A DNA stretch of 64,000 bases from an uncultured delta proteobacterium (GTDB taxonomy: Bacteria; Myxococcota_A; Polyangia; Polyangiales; JAFGIB01). The first letter of the stretch is position 1, and each line of letters starts with the position of its first letter. The position numbers were made by a program, and so were the translations under genes. The stretch is taken from positions 1,024,001-1,088,000 of the forward strand of contig CAVZVA010000010.1 in assembly GCA_963778655.1 (NCBI GenBank). Direction: 5' to 3'. Shown here in pieces: positions 51,531 to 61,784 of this stretch. The notes below the pieces were generated by a model, which was not told where the DNA came from, did no database searches, and was given only the letters and a program-made list of their open reading frames with translations.

Positions 51531-52388
51531 ATGGCGCGGTATCCTTATGCGCACGTGTGTGTGGGGCCCGAGGAGGTCGAGCTGGTGAGCTTGGCTTTGT
51601 GGGAGCTGGGGGCGAGCGGGGTGGAGGAGCGCGATCAGGGGACGCTCAACCCGCCCGACGCTTCCGCTCGCGTGACGCTGGTTGCGAGCTTCGAAAGTGA
51701 AGCGCAGGCGCGCGACGCGGTGCAGGCGCTCGGCGCACGGCACCAGGCGCGGCTCGCGTTCGTGGAGGGCGACGCCTGGCGCGAGGCGTACAAGGCCTAC
51801 TTCAAACCGACGCGCGTGGGCGAGCGCCTGGTGGTGCGGCCTTCGTGGGAGGCGTACGCGCCGCGGCCGGGCGAGGTCGTGCTCACGCTCGACCCCGGCG
51901 GCGCGTTCGGCACCGGCACCCACGAGACCACGCGGCTGGTGCTCGAGGCGCTGCAGCCCTTCGTGCGGCCCGGCATCGAGGTGCTCGACGTCGGTTGCGG
52001 CAGCGGCATCCTGTCGATCGCGTGCCTGCTGCTCGGCGCCGCCCGCGCCCGCGCCCTCGACGTCGACGAGGAGGCGGTGCGCGTCGCGCGCGACAACGCC
52101 CGCCACAACGGCGTGGAAGCGCGACTCGAGGTCAGCAGCGATGCGCTGGAGAGCCTCACCGCGCGCTATCCGCTGGTGCTCGCGAACATCGAGAGCCGCG
52201 TGCTGCAGCCGCTCGCGCCAGCGCTGTGCGCGCGCCTCGCGCCCGGCGGAGTGCTGATCCTCAGCGGCCTGCTCGCGCCCGAGCGCGAACGCATGCGCGG
52301 CGCATACGTGCAGCTCGAGCTGCTGGCGGCTCGCGAGCAGGGCGAGTGGCTCGCGCTGCTGCTGCGAAAACCGGGCGATGAGCGATAG
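51531..52388 (+). CDS. prmA: Ribosomal protein L11 methyltransferase
   Basis: W...YK.YFKP, LDPGGAFGTGTHETT, LDVGCGSGILS, ANI, ILSGL. Confidence 0.95.
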   Translation: MARYPYAHVCVGPEEVELVSLALWELGASGVEERDQGTLNPPDASARVTLVASFESEAQARDAVQALGARHQARLAFVEGDAWREAYKAYFKPTRVGERLVVRPSWEAYAPRPGEVVLTLDPGGAFGTGTHETTRLVLEALQPFVRPGIEVLDVGCGSGILSIACLLLGAARARALDVDEEAVRVARDNARHNGVEARLEVSSDALESLTARYPLVLANIESRVLQPLAPALCARLAPGGVLILSGLLAPERERMRGAYVQLELLAAREQGEWLALLLRKPGDER

Positions 52389-53115
52389 ATTGAGGCGCTT
52401 GTTCGCGGAGCCGCTGCCGGATGCCGGCGGCGAGCTGGGCTTGCCCGCGCAGTCCGCGCAGCACGCGCGCGTGTTACGGCTGGCCCAAGGCGCGCAGGTG
52501 GAGCTGTTCGACGGCAAGGGCGGGCAGGCCGAAGCGATGGTCTGCGAGGTTTCGCGCGCGCGCGTGGCGTGCCGCGCGCAGCCGCGCAGCCAGCTGCCGC
52601 CGCCCGCGAGCCGGTTGCAGCTGGTGCTGGCGCTGCCCAAGGGCAAAAAGCTCGAGGACATCGCGCGCATGCTGGGCGAGCTCGGCGCCACCGGCTTGCA
52701 CCTGGCGCTGAGCGAGCGCAGCGTGCCGCGCCCCGACCAGCTCTCGGCCCGGCTCGAGCGGCTGAAGCGGATCGCGCTCGAAGCCTGCGCCCAGTCCGGT
52801 CAGGCCTGGGCGCTGCAGCTGCACGCACCGCAGCCCCTGTTGCAGATCGCCGCTGCGGCCCCCCGCGATGCCCGGCGGCTGGTGTTCTGGGAGCGCGCGC
52901 GCGCGCCGCTGCGGGACGCGTTGCCCGAGCCCATCGTGTCCGAGGTTTGGGCCGTGATCGGTCCCGAGGGCGGGCTGTCCGAGGCCGAGGTCGAGGCGCT
53001 GCAGGCCCTGGGTTTTGGCCCGGTCGGGCTCGGCCGCGCGCGATTGCGGGTGGAAACCGCGGTACCGGCGATCGCCGCGCTGCTGCTCGAGCGCATGGGC
53101 GCGCTGCGCGGCTGA
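52378..53115 (+). CDS. rsmE: 16S rRNA m3U1498 methyltransferase
   Basis: HARVLRL, ELG, EACAQSG, IGPEGG, LG...LRVETA. Confidence 0.94.
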   Translation: MSDRLRRLFAEPLPDAGGELGLPAQSAQHARVLRLAQGAQVELFDGKGGQAEAMVCEVSRARVACRAQPRSQLPPPASRLQLVLALPKGKKLEDIARMLGELGATGLHLALSERSVPRPDQLSARLERLKRIALEACAQSGQAWALQLHAPQPLLQIAAAAPRDARRLVFWERARAPLRDALPEPIVSEVWAVIGPEGGLSEAEVEALQALGFGPVGLGRARLRVETAVPAIAALLLERMGALRG

Positions 53116-53216
53116 TCGGCCCGCGCCGGCCGCCCGCGCGCCGAAGGCCTGCATCGACCTGTGCAAAATCCCAGGGTTCCCGGACTTTTGGGCTATTCTC
53201 GAGGACGTTGGCCGTC

Positions 53217-56200
53217 ATGCACTCGCTAACCTCGCTGCTGGCGCGAGACGGGTTGGTCCCGCTCGACACCATCGAGCAGGCGCTGCAGCGCCAGGTGCTC
53301 GAGGGCGGCGAGCTCGACACTGCCTTGCTCGAGCTGAGCACGGTTCCCGAGAACGTGCTCGGCGCATACCGCGCTGCGAGCCTGGATCTACCCGCGGCCT
53401 CGCGTGCACAGCTCGAGCGCATCCCGCGCAGCTTGCTCGAGCGCGTGCCTGTGGAGCTGGCGCGCGAGTACCGCGTGCTGCCGATCGCGTTCGACGGCGA
53501 CACCCTGACGCTGGCCACCGCCGCGCCGCCGCCGCTGGTCGACGTGCAGAGGCTGGCGCGCGAGCTCAAGAGCCGGGTGACCTTTCGCATCGCCACCGAG
53601 CTGCGCATCCACGTCGCGCTCGCCGCCCATTATCGGCTGGAGATTCCCAGCCGGCTGCGGCTGTTGCACGAGAAGCTGCTCGATCGCGATCCGGGCGAGC
53701 TGCGCGAGGTGCTGCCGTGGGCGGCCAGCCGTCCGGCGCCCCCGCGCGAGCCCGAGCCATCCGAGGGAGAGCGCGTCACATCGCGTGCGGTGCGGTCGGT
53801 CGCGCCGCCGCCGGTGCGCGTGGTGCCGGTGCTCGCGCTGGGCACGGCGCAGCCGAGCGTCGCGCCCCCATCGCCCCCATCGCCGCCGCCGCAGGAGCCG
53901 GCCGAGCCGCAGCCGTCCGAGGACGCGCGCGCCACCAGCCCGGAGCGGCCTTCCAGCAAGCCGCCTCGCGTCGCGCCCGCTGCCGCGCCGCCGGCGCCCG
54001 TGCGCTCGGCGCCCCCGGCACGCGCCGCCATGCCGCGCAACCGGCCGACCTCGCGCGGCAGGCGTAGCCGCAACGTGCGGCGTGGACCGCTCACGCGCGA
54101 CGACGCGATCGATCTGCTCGGCGAGGCTCGCGACCGTGACCGCGTGCTCGAGGTGTTCTTTGCGTTCGCGCGCCAGTACTTCGAGTGCAGCGTGCTGTTC
54201 GCGCTGCGCGACGAGCGCCTGCTCGGGCTCGAAGGCGCCGGGCTGCTGTCCACGATCGACCTGCGCGCGGTAGAGGTGGCGCTCGTCCGCAGCGGCAATC
54301 TGCACGCGCTGACGCTGAGCCGCAGCCCGCGCGTGCTCGACCTGCGCGCCAGCGCCGCGGACCGCGCGCTGGTCGAAGCGATCGGCCGCGGCGCGATGCA
54401 GCCGTGCGTGGTGATTCCGGTCTCGATTGGGCAGCGCATCGTGTCCTTGCTCTACGGCGACCGCGGCGGCGAGCCGCTCGAGCTCGCGGAGCTGAGCGAT
54501 CTGCTGCAGGTGTTGCCCGCGGTCAGCACCGCGTTCGGACGCATCATCCACGAGCGCAAGCTGCTGGCCGTGGAGGCGCACGATCGCGGGCCCACGCCGG
54601 ACGCGGCGCCGGAAGCCGCACCGCCCGAGGGCGCGTTTGGGTCCTCGGGCGCACCGCCGCGTCCCACGCCGCCGCGTTCGTCGCGCCGGCCGGCCGGCCC
54701 GGGCTTGGCCGGCCTGCTCAGCGGCGCGGCGCCCGCGGAACGCGCGCGCTCGCGCCGTTCCTCGCCCCAAGGCGCCGCGCAACCCATTGCTCAGCCACCG
54801 AGTCGGTCCGGCGGTGCGCTGCACGGCGACCTGCCGGCGCCGCCGCGGCTGCCGGCCGAGGCGCGGGGGCCTGCGGCCGAATCCGAGCCCGACATGGCCG
54901 AACGGCCGACCACGCAGCTGTCGAGCGAGGCCGTCCACAGCGGCCTCATGCGCGCCGCGCGCGCGTCTTCGCCGTCCAAGAGCATGGCCTACAGCCAGCA
55001 CGATGCGCCGGCCGATCAGGTGCGCGCGCGCCGCCGAGCGCAGGAAACCACGCGGCCCGAACGGCCTTCGCGGATCCCGCCCTCGCGCTCGGCGCCACCA
55101 CGTTCGACGTCGCGTAAAGCGACCGATCCGCCGCCGCCGCGGACACTGGCGCAACCGGCGCCCGGAACGGGCAGCTATGCCTTGCACGAAGCCGGCGCCG
55201 AGGTCGCGGGCAGCGCGGCCCAGGACAAGCCGCCGCAGCCGCCGCACGAGCCGCCGACCAGCGTGCACCCCAAGCCCGAGCCCGCCGGACCGCGCTCGAG
55301 CCGCATCGATCCGCGGCGCGAGCAGGGCCGGCCGCCGGTCGAGACCGAGGTGGTGAGCATCTCGCAGGCGGTGCGCGATTCGCTGCGGCCGCTGCGCAGC
55401 GAGCCTGAGGAGTCTGGCGCGGAGTCGATCGTGGTCGACATGGGCGCCGAGGCCGAGCGCCTGGTCGAGGAGCTGTGCCGCTGCGGTCCGGACGAGGAAC
55501 GCCCGCTGGTGGCGTCGTTGCTGCGGCTCGGCGCGGACGCCCTGGCGGTGCTCAAGCGGCGCTTTCCCGGGCCGCTGTGGTTCGACAGGCACAAGCCGCG
55601 CCAGCGCTCGCCCGCGGGCCGCGACGTGAGCGCGATCGCGCGCGTGCTGTTCGCGTTCGAGGAGCGCGCGGTGCCGGTGGTGGCGGAGCTGCTGGAGTCG
55701 CCGCAGCTCGAGACGCGGATGTGCGCGTTGCTGCTGGCGATCGACACGGTGCGGCCCGAGCTGCTGTGGCCGCTGTATCAGCGCCTGTTCGACAGCGACG
55801 GGCAGATCCGGCTGCTGGCGTTCGACGCGCTGCCCATCTATCGCCATGTGGCGGGCTTCCCGGAGGTGCTCAAGTCGCTGCGCAGCCGGGCCGGCGACGA
55901 GCGGGAGCCGGTGCCGGCGCGGCTTTCCGCGCTGGAGGCGATTTCGATCTTGCGTGATCCGGCCAGCGTGGAGCTGCTGATCGCGCTGTGTCGCCACACG
56001 AGCCGCGAGCTTTCGGTACCGGCGCATCGGGCGCTGCTCGCGATCACGGCGCAGGACTTCGGCGACTCCGATCGCAAGTGGCGCTCCTGGCTCGACAAGA
56101 ACCAGGGTCGCCACCGAGTCGAGTGGCTGATCGACAGCCTGATGCACGGCGACGAGCGCGTGCGCAACACCGCGGGCGTGGAGCTGCAGAAGACGACTCA

Positions 56201-56309
56201 GGTTTACTACGGTTTCGTGGCGGGCGCCTCCAAGCGCGACCGTGAGCGCGCGCAGCGCCGCTACCGCGAGTGGTGGCAGAATGAAGGCCGCGCCCAGTTC
56301 GAGGGGTAG
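53217..56309 (+). CDS. FrgA-like protein: T2SSE_N/MshEN-like N-terminus, GAF-like middle, Pro-rich linkers, HEAT repeats
   Basis: LLARDGLV...ALQRQ...LDTALLE; VP.ELA..YRVLP; RFPGP followed by HEAT-like helices and W..W...N...R.EWL. Recalled similarity to Myxococcus FrgA. Confidence 0.7.
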   Translation: MHSLTSLLARDGLVPLDTIEQALQRQVLEGGELDTALLELSTVPENVLGAYRAASLDLPAASRAQLERIPRSLLERVPVELAREYRVLPIAFDGDTLTLATAAPPPLVDVQRLARELKSRVTFRIATELRIHVALAAHYRLEIPSRLRLLHEKLLDRDPGELREVLPWAASRPAPPREPEPSEGERVTSRAVRSVAPPPVRVVPVLALGTAQPSVAPPSPPSPPPQEPAEPQPSEDARATSPERPSSKPPRVAPAAAPPAPVRSAPPARAAMPRNRPTSRGRRSRNVRRGPLTRDDAIDLLGEARDRDRVLEVFFAFARQYFECSVLFALRDERLLGLEGAGLLSTIDLRAVEVALVRSGNLHALTLSRSPRVLDLRASAADRALVEAIGRGAMQPCVVIPVSIGQRIVSLLYGDRGGEPLELAELSDLLQVLPAVSTAFGRIIHERKLLAVEAHDRGPTPDAAPEAAPPEGAFGSSGAPPRPTPPRSSRRPAGPGLAGLLSGAAPAERARSRRSSPQGAAQPIAQPPSRSGGALHGDLPAPPRLPAEARGPAAESEPDMAERPTTQLSSEAVHSGLMRAARASSPSKSMAYSQHDAPADQVRARRRAQETTRPERPSRIPPSRSAPPRSTSRKATDPPPPRTLAQPAPGTGSYALHEAGAEVAGSAAQDKPPQPPHEPPTSVHPKPEPAGPRSSRIDPRREQGRPPVETEVVSISQAVRDSLRPLRSEPEESGAESIVVDMGAEAERLVEELCRCGPDEERPLVASLLRLGADALAVLKRRFPGPLWFDRHKPRQRSPAGRDVSAIARVLFAFEERAVPVVAELLESPQLETRMCALLLAIDTVRPELLWPLYQRLFDSDGQIRLLAFDALPIYRHVAGFPEVLKSLRSRAGDEREPVPARLSALEAISILRDPASVELLIALCRHTSRELSVPAHRALLAITAQDFGDSDRKWRSWLDKNQGRHRVEWLIDSLMHGDERVRNTAGVELQKTTQVYYGFVAGASKRDRERAQRRYREWWQNEGRAQFEG

Positions 56310-56508
56310 GGCAGCGCCAGGGCGCCACGGAGCTGACGCCGATCGGCTTGCGCCGGAGCGCGCGGCGCGCGATGAAAGAGAGCCTATCACGCCAGCCGAG
56401 CTCGCCCGGCCCGATCGCGCGCATGGCGGCCGCACGCCAGGTTGCCATGCGCGAGACGCAACCCAAGGCCCGGCGCCGCCCTGGATCCCCATCACGGAGA
56501 ACTGCTCA

Positions 56509-56925
56509 ATGCCCGACCCCAACGATTTCAATCAGAAGATCATCGCCGAGTTTCGTGCCAACGCCGGCAAGGTCGGAGGCGGCTTCGCGGGCGCCCCGAT
56601 GGTGCTGCTGACGACGACCGGCGCCAAGAGCGGCCGGCAGCGCACCAACCCGCTGGTGTATCTGCCCGACGGCAACCGTGTGGTGGTGTTCGCATCGAAG
56701 GGCGGCGCCCCGAGCAACCCGGACTGGTACTACAACTTGCGCGCGAACCCGGAGGTCACGGTGGAAGTCGGCACCGAGAGCTACAAGGCGAGGGCGGTGA
56801 TCGCGCAGGGCGCGGAGCGCGATCGCCTGTTTGCCGAGCAAGCGCGGCGCATCCCCTCGTTTGCCGACTATCAGAAGAAGACGACACGCGTGATCCCCGT
56901 GATCGTGCTCGAGCGCAGCGCCTAA
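56509..56925 (+). CDS. Deazaflavin (F420)-dependent oxidoreductase, Ddn/nitroreductase family
   Basis: FNQKIIAEFRANAGKVG, LLTTTGAKSG..R.NPL, ASKGGAPSNPDWYYNL.ANP, YQKKTTRVIPV. Confidence 0.93.
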   Translation: MPDPNDFNQKIIAEFRANAGKVGGGFAGAPMVLLTTTGAKSGRQRTNPLVYLPDGNRVVVFASKGGAPSNPDWYYNLRANPEVTVEVGTESYKARAVIAQGAERDRLFAEQARRIPSFADYQKKTTRVIPVIVLERSA

Positions 56926-56941
56926 CAGATCGGGACGCACC

Positions 56942-57739
56942 ATGGCAACCACGACGAGCCCTGGACAGACCGTGCTGGTGACCGGCGCCTCGGCCGGCAT
57001 CGGCGTCGACCTCGCGGAGTGTTTCGCAGCGGACGGCTACAATCTCGTCCTCGCCGCGCGCACCGAGAGCGCGCTGCGCGAGGTGGCCGATCGTCTGGCG
57101 ACCAAGCACGGCGTGGCGGTGCTGCCGATCGCCGTCGATCTCGGAGCTGCCGGCGGCGGCGCCAAGCTGGCCGGCGAGATCGCCAAGCAAGGGCTCGGCG
57201 TCGACGTGCTGGTGAACAACGCGGGCTACGGCTACGCCGGCGCCTTCAACGGCTCCGACATCGCAACCCAGCTCGGGATGATCGATCTCAACGATCGCGC
57301 GCTGGTCGAGCTCACGCACATCTACTGGCCGGGCATGTTGGCAAAGAACGGCGGAGGCGTGCTGAACGTCGCCTCCACGGCGGCGTTTCAGCCCGGGCCC
57401 CTGATGGCGACGTATTACGCGTCCAAGGCGTTCGTGCTGTCGTTTTCGGAAGCGCTCTGGGAAGAGGCGCGCGGCACCGGCGTGCGCGTGAGCTGCCTTT
57501 GCCCCGGACCGACGGTCAGCAAGTTCCGCGAGCGCGCCGGCACCGGTACCAAGAAGCTCAGCCGTGCCGCTGCACCGATGAGCTCGGCCAGCGTCGCGGC
57601 GCTCGGTTATCGCGCGTGGAAGAGCAACAAGCGCGTCGAGATCACCGGCTTGCGCAACCGGGTGTTGGCGCGGCTGGTACCGTTTCTGCCGCGCCGGGCG
57701 ATCCTCGGCGTCGTGCACAACTTGCAGTCCCCGCTCTGA
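56942..57739 (+). CDS. Short-chain dehydrogenase/reductase
   Basis: TGASAGIG, NNAG, YYASK, PGPT. Confidence 0.95.
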   Translation: MATTTSPGQTVLVTGASAGIGVDLAECFAADGYNLVLAARTESALREVADRLATKHGVAVLPIAVDLGAAGGGAKLAGEIAKQGLGVDVLVNNAGYGYAGAFNGSDIATQLGMIDLNDRALVELTHIYWPGMLAKNGGGVLNVASTAAFQPGPLMATYYASKAFVLSFSEALWEEARGTGVRVSCLCPGPTVSKFRERAGTGTKKLSRAAAPMSSASVAALGYRAWKSNKRVEITGLRNRVLARLVPFLPRRAILGVVHNLQSPL

Positions 57740-57959
57740 ACGCATGCGAGGTGGTGTTGTTCCGCGCGCTCGCGCGCTGCGCTCGGCGGGCACTGCGCGG
57801 GACACCAACGGCCATGGCTTGCATCCGCGACGCGCCTTCCAAGCGCGCGCCGTGTCGGAAAGTTCGCACCGTCGAGGACGCGCACGGCCTGAGGGTGTGT
57901 GCTAACGTGGGCGCACGGCTCCAAGGTCGGAGCGACTCGTGCTGTTGTGTGGGTTAGGC

Positions 57960-59591
57960 ATGAGACTGGGTGTTGCGACACTGCTGTTGGCCTGGCTGGT
58001 CGGATGCAAGTTCGATAGCGCTCCGCTTGTCAACAAAGCGACGTCCCATCCCGCCACCAAGAGCGGCAGCTCGTCCCACCCCGTCCCGGCCATGGATGGG
58101 GGCGCTGATTCCGCTGCACGGGACGCGGCAAGCCCGCCGGCGGTCCCCGCCGACGCCGCGACCGCCGGGCCCTCCGACGCCGGCGCTGTCGACAGCGGGC
58201 GGTTCGGCAGTGATCCGAAGCCGCACGATCCCCCTCCGCCGCCCCAGAGCGGCGGGCTGGAGTGCAACGGCGAGGTGTGCCCGTTCGCGTCGGATCCGAT
58301 CGCGCAGTGCTGCACCAGCCAGGACGATGTGGATCAGGGCGCGGCACGGGCGACCGATCGCTGCGGGCTGGACTTCAGCGCCACCGGCGCGGACTTCTTC
58401 GGCGGCATGTGCTGGCAGCGCGACCAGGCGGGTGTGGTCGACGACAACTGCCCGCCGGTGGCGGTCGACCTCCACACCCAGGATCCCGGCTGTTGCAGCG
58501 ATGAGGGCCTTTGCGGCGGCGTCGACAGCGCCAACGGGCTCGGCTGTCACTACGATCCCGGCGCACCGTCGCAGCCATGCGGCGCGGTGGGCGACGACAA
58601 CGACGGCGGCGTGAGCTGCGATCCGCTGGGCGTGTTCGCGCTGCGCATGCGCGTCGACATGGCGTGGGGCGGGCGCTCAGGCGGGCTGGCCGCGCTTACC
58701 GACGACGGTCGAGGCTCGCTGGTGATGGATCTGCTGGCGAATGTCGACGGCATCGACCCGGCCACGCACGAGCTGCACGGGACGCTCAAGCCTTGCGGCG
58801 TCGAGCTGCCTGCCTTCTACAGCACCACGCTGTGCGAGGCGTATCAACCGGTGTTCCCCACCGCGATGTGGGAGAGCAGCGCGATGCCCCAGTTCAACTT
58901 CACCGGTCACACCCAGTGCTTGCAGCCCGGTTGCATCGAGAGCATCGACGCGCAGACCGTGCTGATCGGCATTGAGCTGAGCAATCCCGAGGCCCCATGG
59001 CCCACGGCGGGCGCCCAGCTCAGCTGTCCCAGCGGCAGCGGCGCGCAGTGCTTTCCCGACCATGACGGCGACGGCCTGCCCGGCGTGACCGTGCAGGTCG
59101 CGACCAGCGGCGTGGCCACGGGCGGGACCGGGTGCTCCAACAAGTACGCGAACAAGGGCGCGCCCCTGAGCGCGAGCCCGGCGGCCATCATCGACGGCGT
59201 GCGGCGCACCGACCGCATCTCGATCGGCGTGCGGATGAAGCTCGGCGGTTCGGTCAAGCTCGGTGATAGCTGCGATCAAGGTCGCGGCTCCGGCATCGCC
59301 GAGTTCGTCAATTCGCGCGCCATCGGCTGCATGGTCGAGCCGGGCACCTACAACTTTCCCTTCGGGTTCCAAGCCGCAGGTCCGAACCAGGCGTGCCAGG
59401 CCAGCGAGGCGTCCTTCATGGACGCCAATCTGCCGCTTTACACCATCCTGGCCGTGGGCCAGGCGCCCGACGCCAAGCTCAAGCTCGCCGACACCTCGGC
59501 GAGCCCCGGGCCGCTCGTCGGCATGGTGCGCCTGGGTCCCGTCGGCGCCGCGGCGAGCTGCGCCGACGTGCGCGCAGCAAGCTTTCCGTAG
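57960..59591 (+). CDS. Cys-rich lipoprotein of unknown function
   Basis: LVGC lipobox; about 25 Cys; DHDGDGLPG motif. Confidence 0.8.
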   Translation: MRLGVATLLLAWLVGCKFDSAPLVNKATSHPATKSGSSSHPVPAMDGGADSAARDAASPPAVPADAATAGPSDAGAVDSGRFGSDPKPHDPPPPPQSGGLECNGEVCPFASDPIAQCCTSQDDVDQGAARATDRCGLDFSATGADFFGGMCWQRDQAGVVDDNCPPVAVDLHTQDPGCCSDEGLCGGVDSANGLGCHYDPGAPSQPCGAVGDDNDGGVSCDPLGVFALRMRVDMAWGGRSGGLAALTDDGRGSLVMDLLANVDGIDPATHELHGTLKPCGVELPAFYSTTLCEAYQPVFPTAMWESSAMPQFNFTGHTQCLQPGCIESIDAQTVLIGIELSNPEAPWPTAGAQLSCPSGSGAQCFPDHDGDGLPGVTVQVATSGVATGGTGCSNKYANKGAPLSASPAAIIDGVRRTDRISIGVRMKLGGSVKLGDSCDQGRGSGIAEFVNSRAIGCMVEPGTYNFPFGFQAAGPNQACQASEASFMDANLPLYTILAVGQAPDAKLKLADTSASPGPLVGMVRLGPVGAAASCADVRAASFP

Positions 59592-59721
59592 CCCAGCGCG
59601 GCGCTGCGATTCTGCGCGATCGTGCTCACTGTGGCGGGCCGCATCGTCGCGTGCAGGCGGCGCCGGTGTGCACGGGCGCGTGCAGCTAAGTTTGCTATGA
59701 GCTGCGCAGGAGGGACTGAAC

Positions 59722-60039
59722 ATGAGACACGCTTGGATCGCTTGCTTGGTGTTGGGGCTCTCGGGTTTCGGCTGCAGCAAGAACGAGGGGCGCTCGACCA
59801 TCCGCAAGGGCGCCGACGACGTCGAGAGCGAGATCAAGCACGCGCCGCAGAGCTTGAGCCACGGTGCCGACGACGTGGACGAGAGCGCGCGCGGGCTGAT
59901 CGGCGCAGGCGGCCACGACGAGCCGGCTGCGACGCCGGCCAAGGCCGAAGCCAAGACCGACGCCAAGACCGACGCGTCCAAGCCCGACCAGGCGGCGGCG
60001 CCTGCCGCCGAGCCCGGCGCCGCGAGCAGCGCTCCGTAG
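59722..60039 (+). CDS. Small lipoprotein
   Basis: GGAGG RBS; GFGC lipobox; duplicated GADDV motif. Confidence 0.7.
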   Translation: MRHAWIACLVLGLSGFGCSKNEGRSTIRKGADDVESEIKHAPQSLSHGADDVDESARGLIGAGGHDEPAATPAKAEAKTDAKTDASKPDQAAAPAAEPGAASSAP

Positions 60040-60091
60040 CCCTGCGTGCGCGCCGCGAGCGCGTCCGGAGCGCACGGCTGAGGCCGCAGGC

Positions 60092-60829
60092 TCAGCGCCG
60101 AGCCGTCGTGCCGGGACCGCGGCCGTTGCGGGCGGCCGTGCGCAATGCGCGCGGCGGGCGCGCCTGCAGTGCCACCTGCTGCGCGCGGATGCCGGCGAGC
60201 ATGGTGTCGAGGCCGAACTCCATCCACTCGCGGGCACCGACCTGCTCGAGCTCCGCCATGAGCTGGCGGCCCTCCTCCGGGAGACGTCTGCGTCGGCTGG
60301 CCGACCGCTTGACGTGTCCCATTCGCCGCATCTGCACCTGCGCCGAAAGCACGCCCGCCATGTACATCTGGTAGCTCATCAAGCACAGGGCGGCGTTGCG
60401 CTGGTCGAAGCCAGCGGCCTGCAGCAGCGCAAACACGTACAACCCCAGCCGCAGCGAAGCCTTCATCGGGGGGCGTTCGAGCACCACGCGGCTCAGACCG
60501 GGACAACTCGACAGCAGCTCCCAGAGCGCGATCGCGTGCTCGCGCAGCTGCTGCTGCCACTCATCGCGGGACGGCTCCGGCGTCGGCACCGCGGCCAGCA
60601 GCGAGTCCGCGACGCGGCGCAGCAGCTCCTCTTTGTTGGGCAGGTAGTAGTAGATCGCCATCGGGCTGACGCCGAGCTTCTGCGCCAGGCCGCGCATGCT
60701 CAAGGCGTCGACCCCGCCGGCCCGCACCAGCGCCAGGGCCCCGCTGACGATGTCCTGCTCACTGAGCGGATGCTCGCGCTCGCCGCTCCTGTGCCGGCCG
60801 CGCTTCGGTTTTTCACTGGTGATGCTCAC
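60092..60829 (-). CDS. TetR family transcriptional regulator
   Basis: LS..DIV.GAL.L...GVDALSMRGLAQKLGVSPMAIYYYLPNKEELL; TetR_C-like FGLD.ML.G. Start approximate. Confidence 0.92.
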   Translation of the reverse strand: MSITSEKPKRGRHRSGEREHPLSEQDIVSGALALVRAGGVDALSMRGLAQKLGVSPMAIYYYLPNKEELLRRVADSLLAAVPTPEPSRDEWQQQLREHAIALWELLSSCPGLSRVVLERPPMKASLRLGLYVFALLQAAGFDQRNAALCLMSYQMYMAGVLSAQVQMRRMGHVKRSASRRRRLPEEGRQLMAELEQVGAREWMEFGLDTMLAGIRAQQVALQARPPRALRTAARNGRGPGTTARR

Positions 60830-60953
60830 TTCGCCTGCACCATACACAGTAATGCCCTTGCTTGAGAAGGGCGCGTCACAGCGGCCTGAGTCTCGAGGCC
60901 GGCGATCACCGCGGCGGCGGTCGTCCCCGACCAGGTGAGTCCTTGCGGTTCGG

Positions 60954-60970
60954 ACTATACGGCGTATAGT
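60954..60970. promoter_or_regulatory. Probable TetR operator
   Basis: Perfect AT-rich palindrome ACTATACG-G-CGTATAGT between tetR and the divergent operon. Confidence 0.75.
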
Positions 60971-61016
60971 GCGGCTGGGTGGCCCTTTCGGGTGACTGGG
61001 CGGAGCGGAGGCTGTC

Positions 61017-61784
61017 ATGATTCTCGTCTGGCGTGCGTGCCTGGCTGTAGCTTTGGGCGCGGCTGTGGTTGCGCTATCGGCCTGCGGGACGGCTGATCGA
61101 ACCGACGCGCAGCGCTCGAGCATGGGGCCGGCGGCTGCCGGCACCGCAGCGCCTGGCGGAGCCGCGGGCGCCGGGGCCGCGATCCCGGGCGGCGCGAGTC
61201 CTGCGAGCACGCAGTCCACGGTCGGTCCCAGCGGCTTGCCTCCGGCCCCGGTAGCTCCGGGCATGGCGGCGGGCAGCTTCAAGCCGCGGGCGGACCTCGA
61301 TCCCAACGCGATGTTCGACTGGCCCGAGTCGGCGTCCGGCAGCGCCGCGAGCTGTCAGGCCGGGGTGTACACCGGCACCTTCGAGTGCAGCTTCGTGCCC
61401 GACCCGACGAGCTTCGGCAGCGACATCGGGACGATCGACGTCTCGGGGCCGATCTCGCTCACCCTGGTGCAGTCGATAGACGGTGAGTTTCTGGAGATTT
61501 CCGACGGCAGCCTGGACGCGGTTGCGCAGCTGTTTTTCGGCTTGCAGGCCAAGCTTCACGGGCAGCTCGACTGCGGCAGCGGAGCGCTCATGGCCAGTGG
61601 CGACGACGGCTCCTGGGCGCTGGGCGATCCGAGCATGCCTTTGCTGCCCGGCGGTACGCTTGGCGTCGCGCTCACCGGCGCGCTCGACGCACAGACGGGC
61701 GAGATCACCGGGCAGTGGTCGATCCTCAGCGGTACCGTGCCCGGTACTTGCACCGGCACCTGGTCCGCCATGTACATGCCATGA
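61017..61784 (+). CDS. Lipoprotein of unknown function
   Basis: LSAC lipobox; C..G.Y.G.F.C, GEFLEI.DG, G.LDC, C.G.WSA; overlaps the next gene by 4 nt. Confidence 0.78.
   Translation: MILVWRACLAVALGAAVVALSACGTADRTDAQRSSMGPAAAGTAAPGGAAGAGAAIPGGASPASTQSTVGPSGLPPAPVAPGMAAGSFKPRADLDPNAMFDWPESASGSAASCQAGVYTGTFECSFVPDPTSFGSDIGTIDVSGPISLTLVQSIDGEFLEISDGSLDAVAQLFFGLQAKLHGQLDCGSGALMASGDDGSWALGDPSMPLLPGGTLGVALTGALDAQTGEITGQWSILSGTVPGTCTGTWSAMYMP

Noticed and set aside
49560..56531. Very long antisense ORFs (1043 and 1047 aa) and similar shadow ORFs across the window
   Set aside because: Arg/Ala-rich reverse-frame products of high-GC genes that overlap well-supported CDSs.
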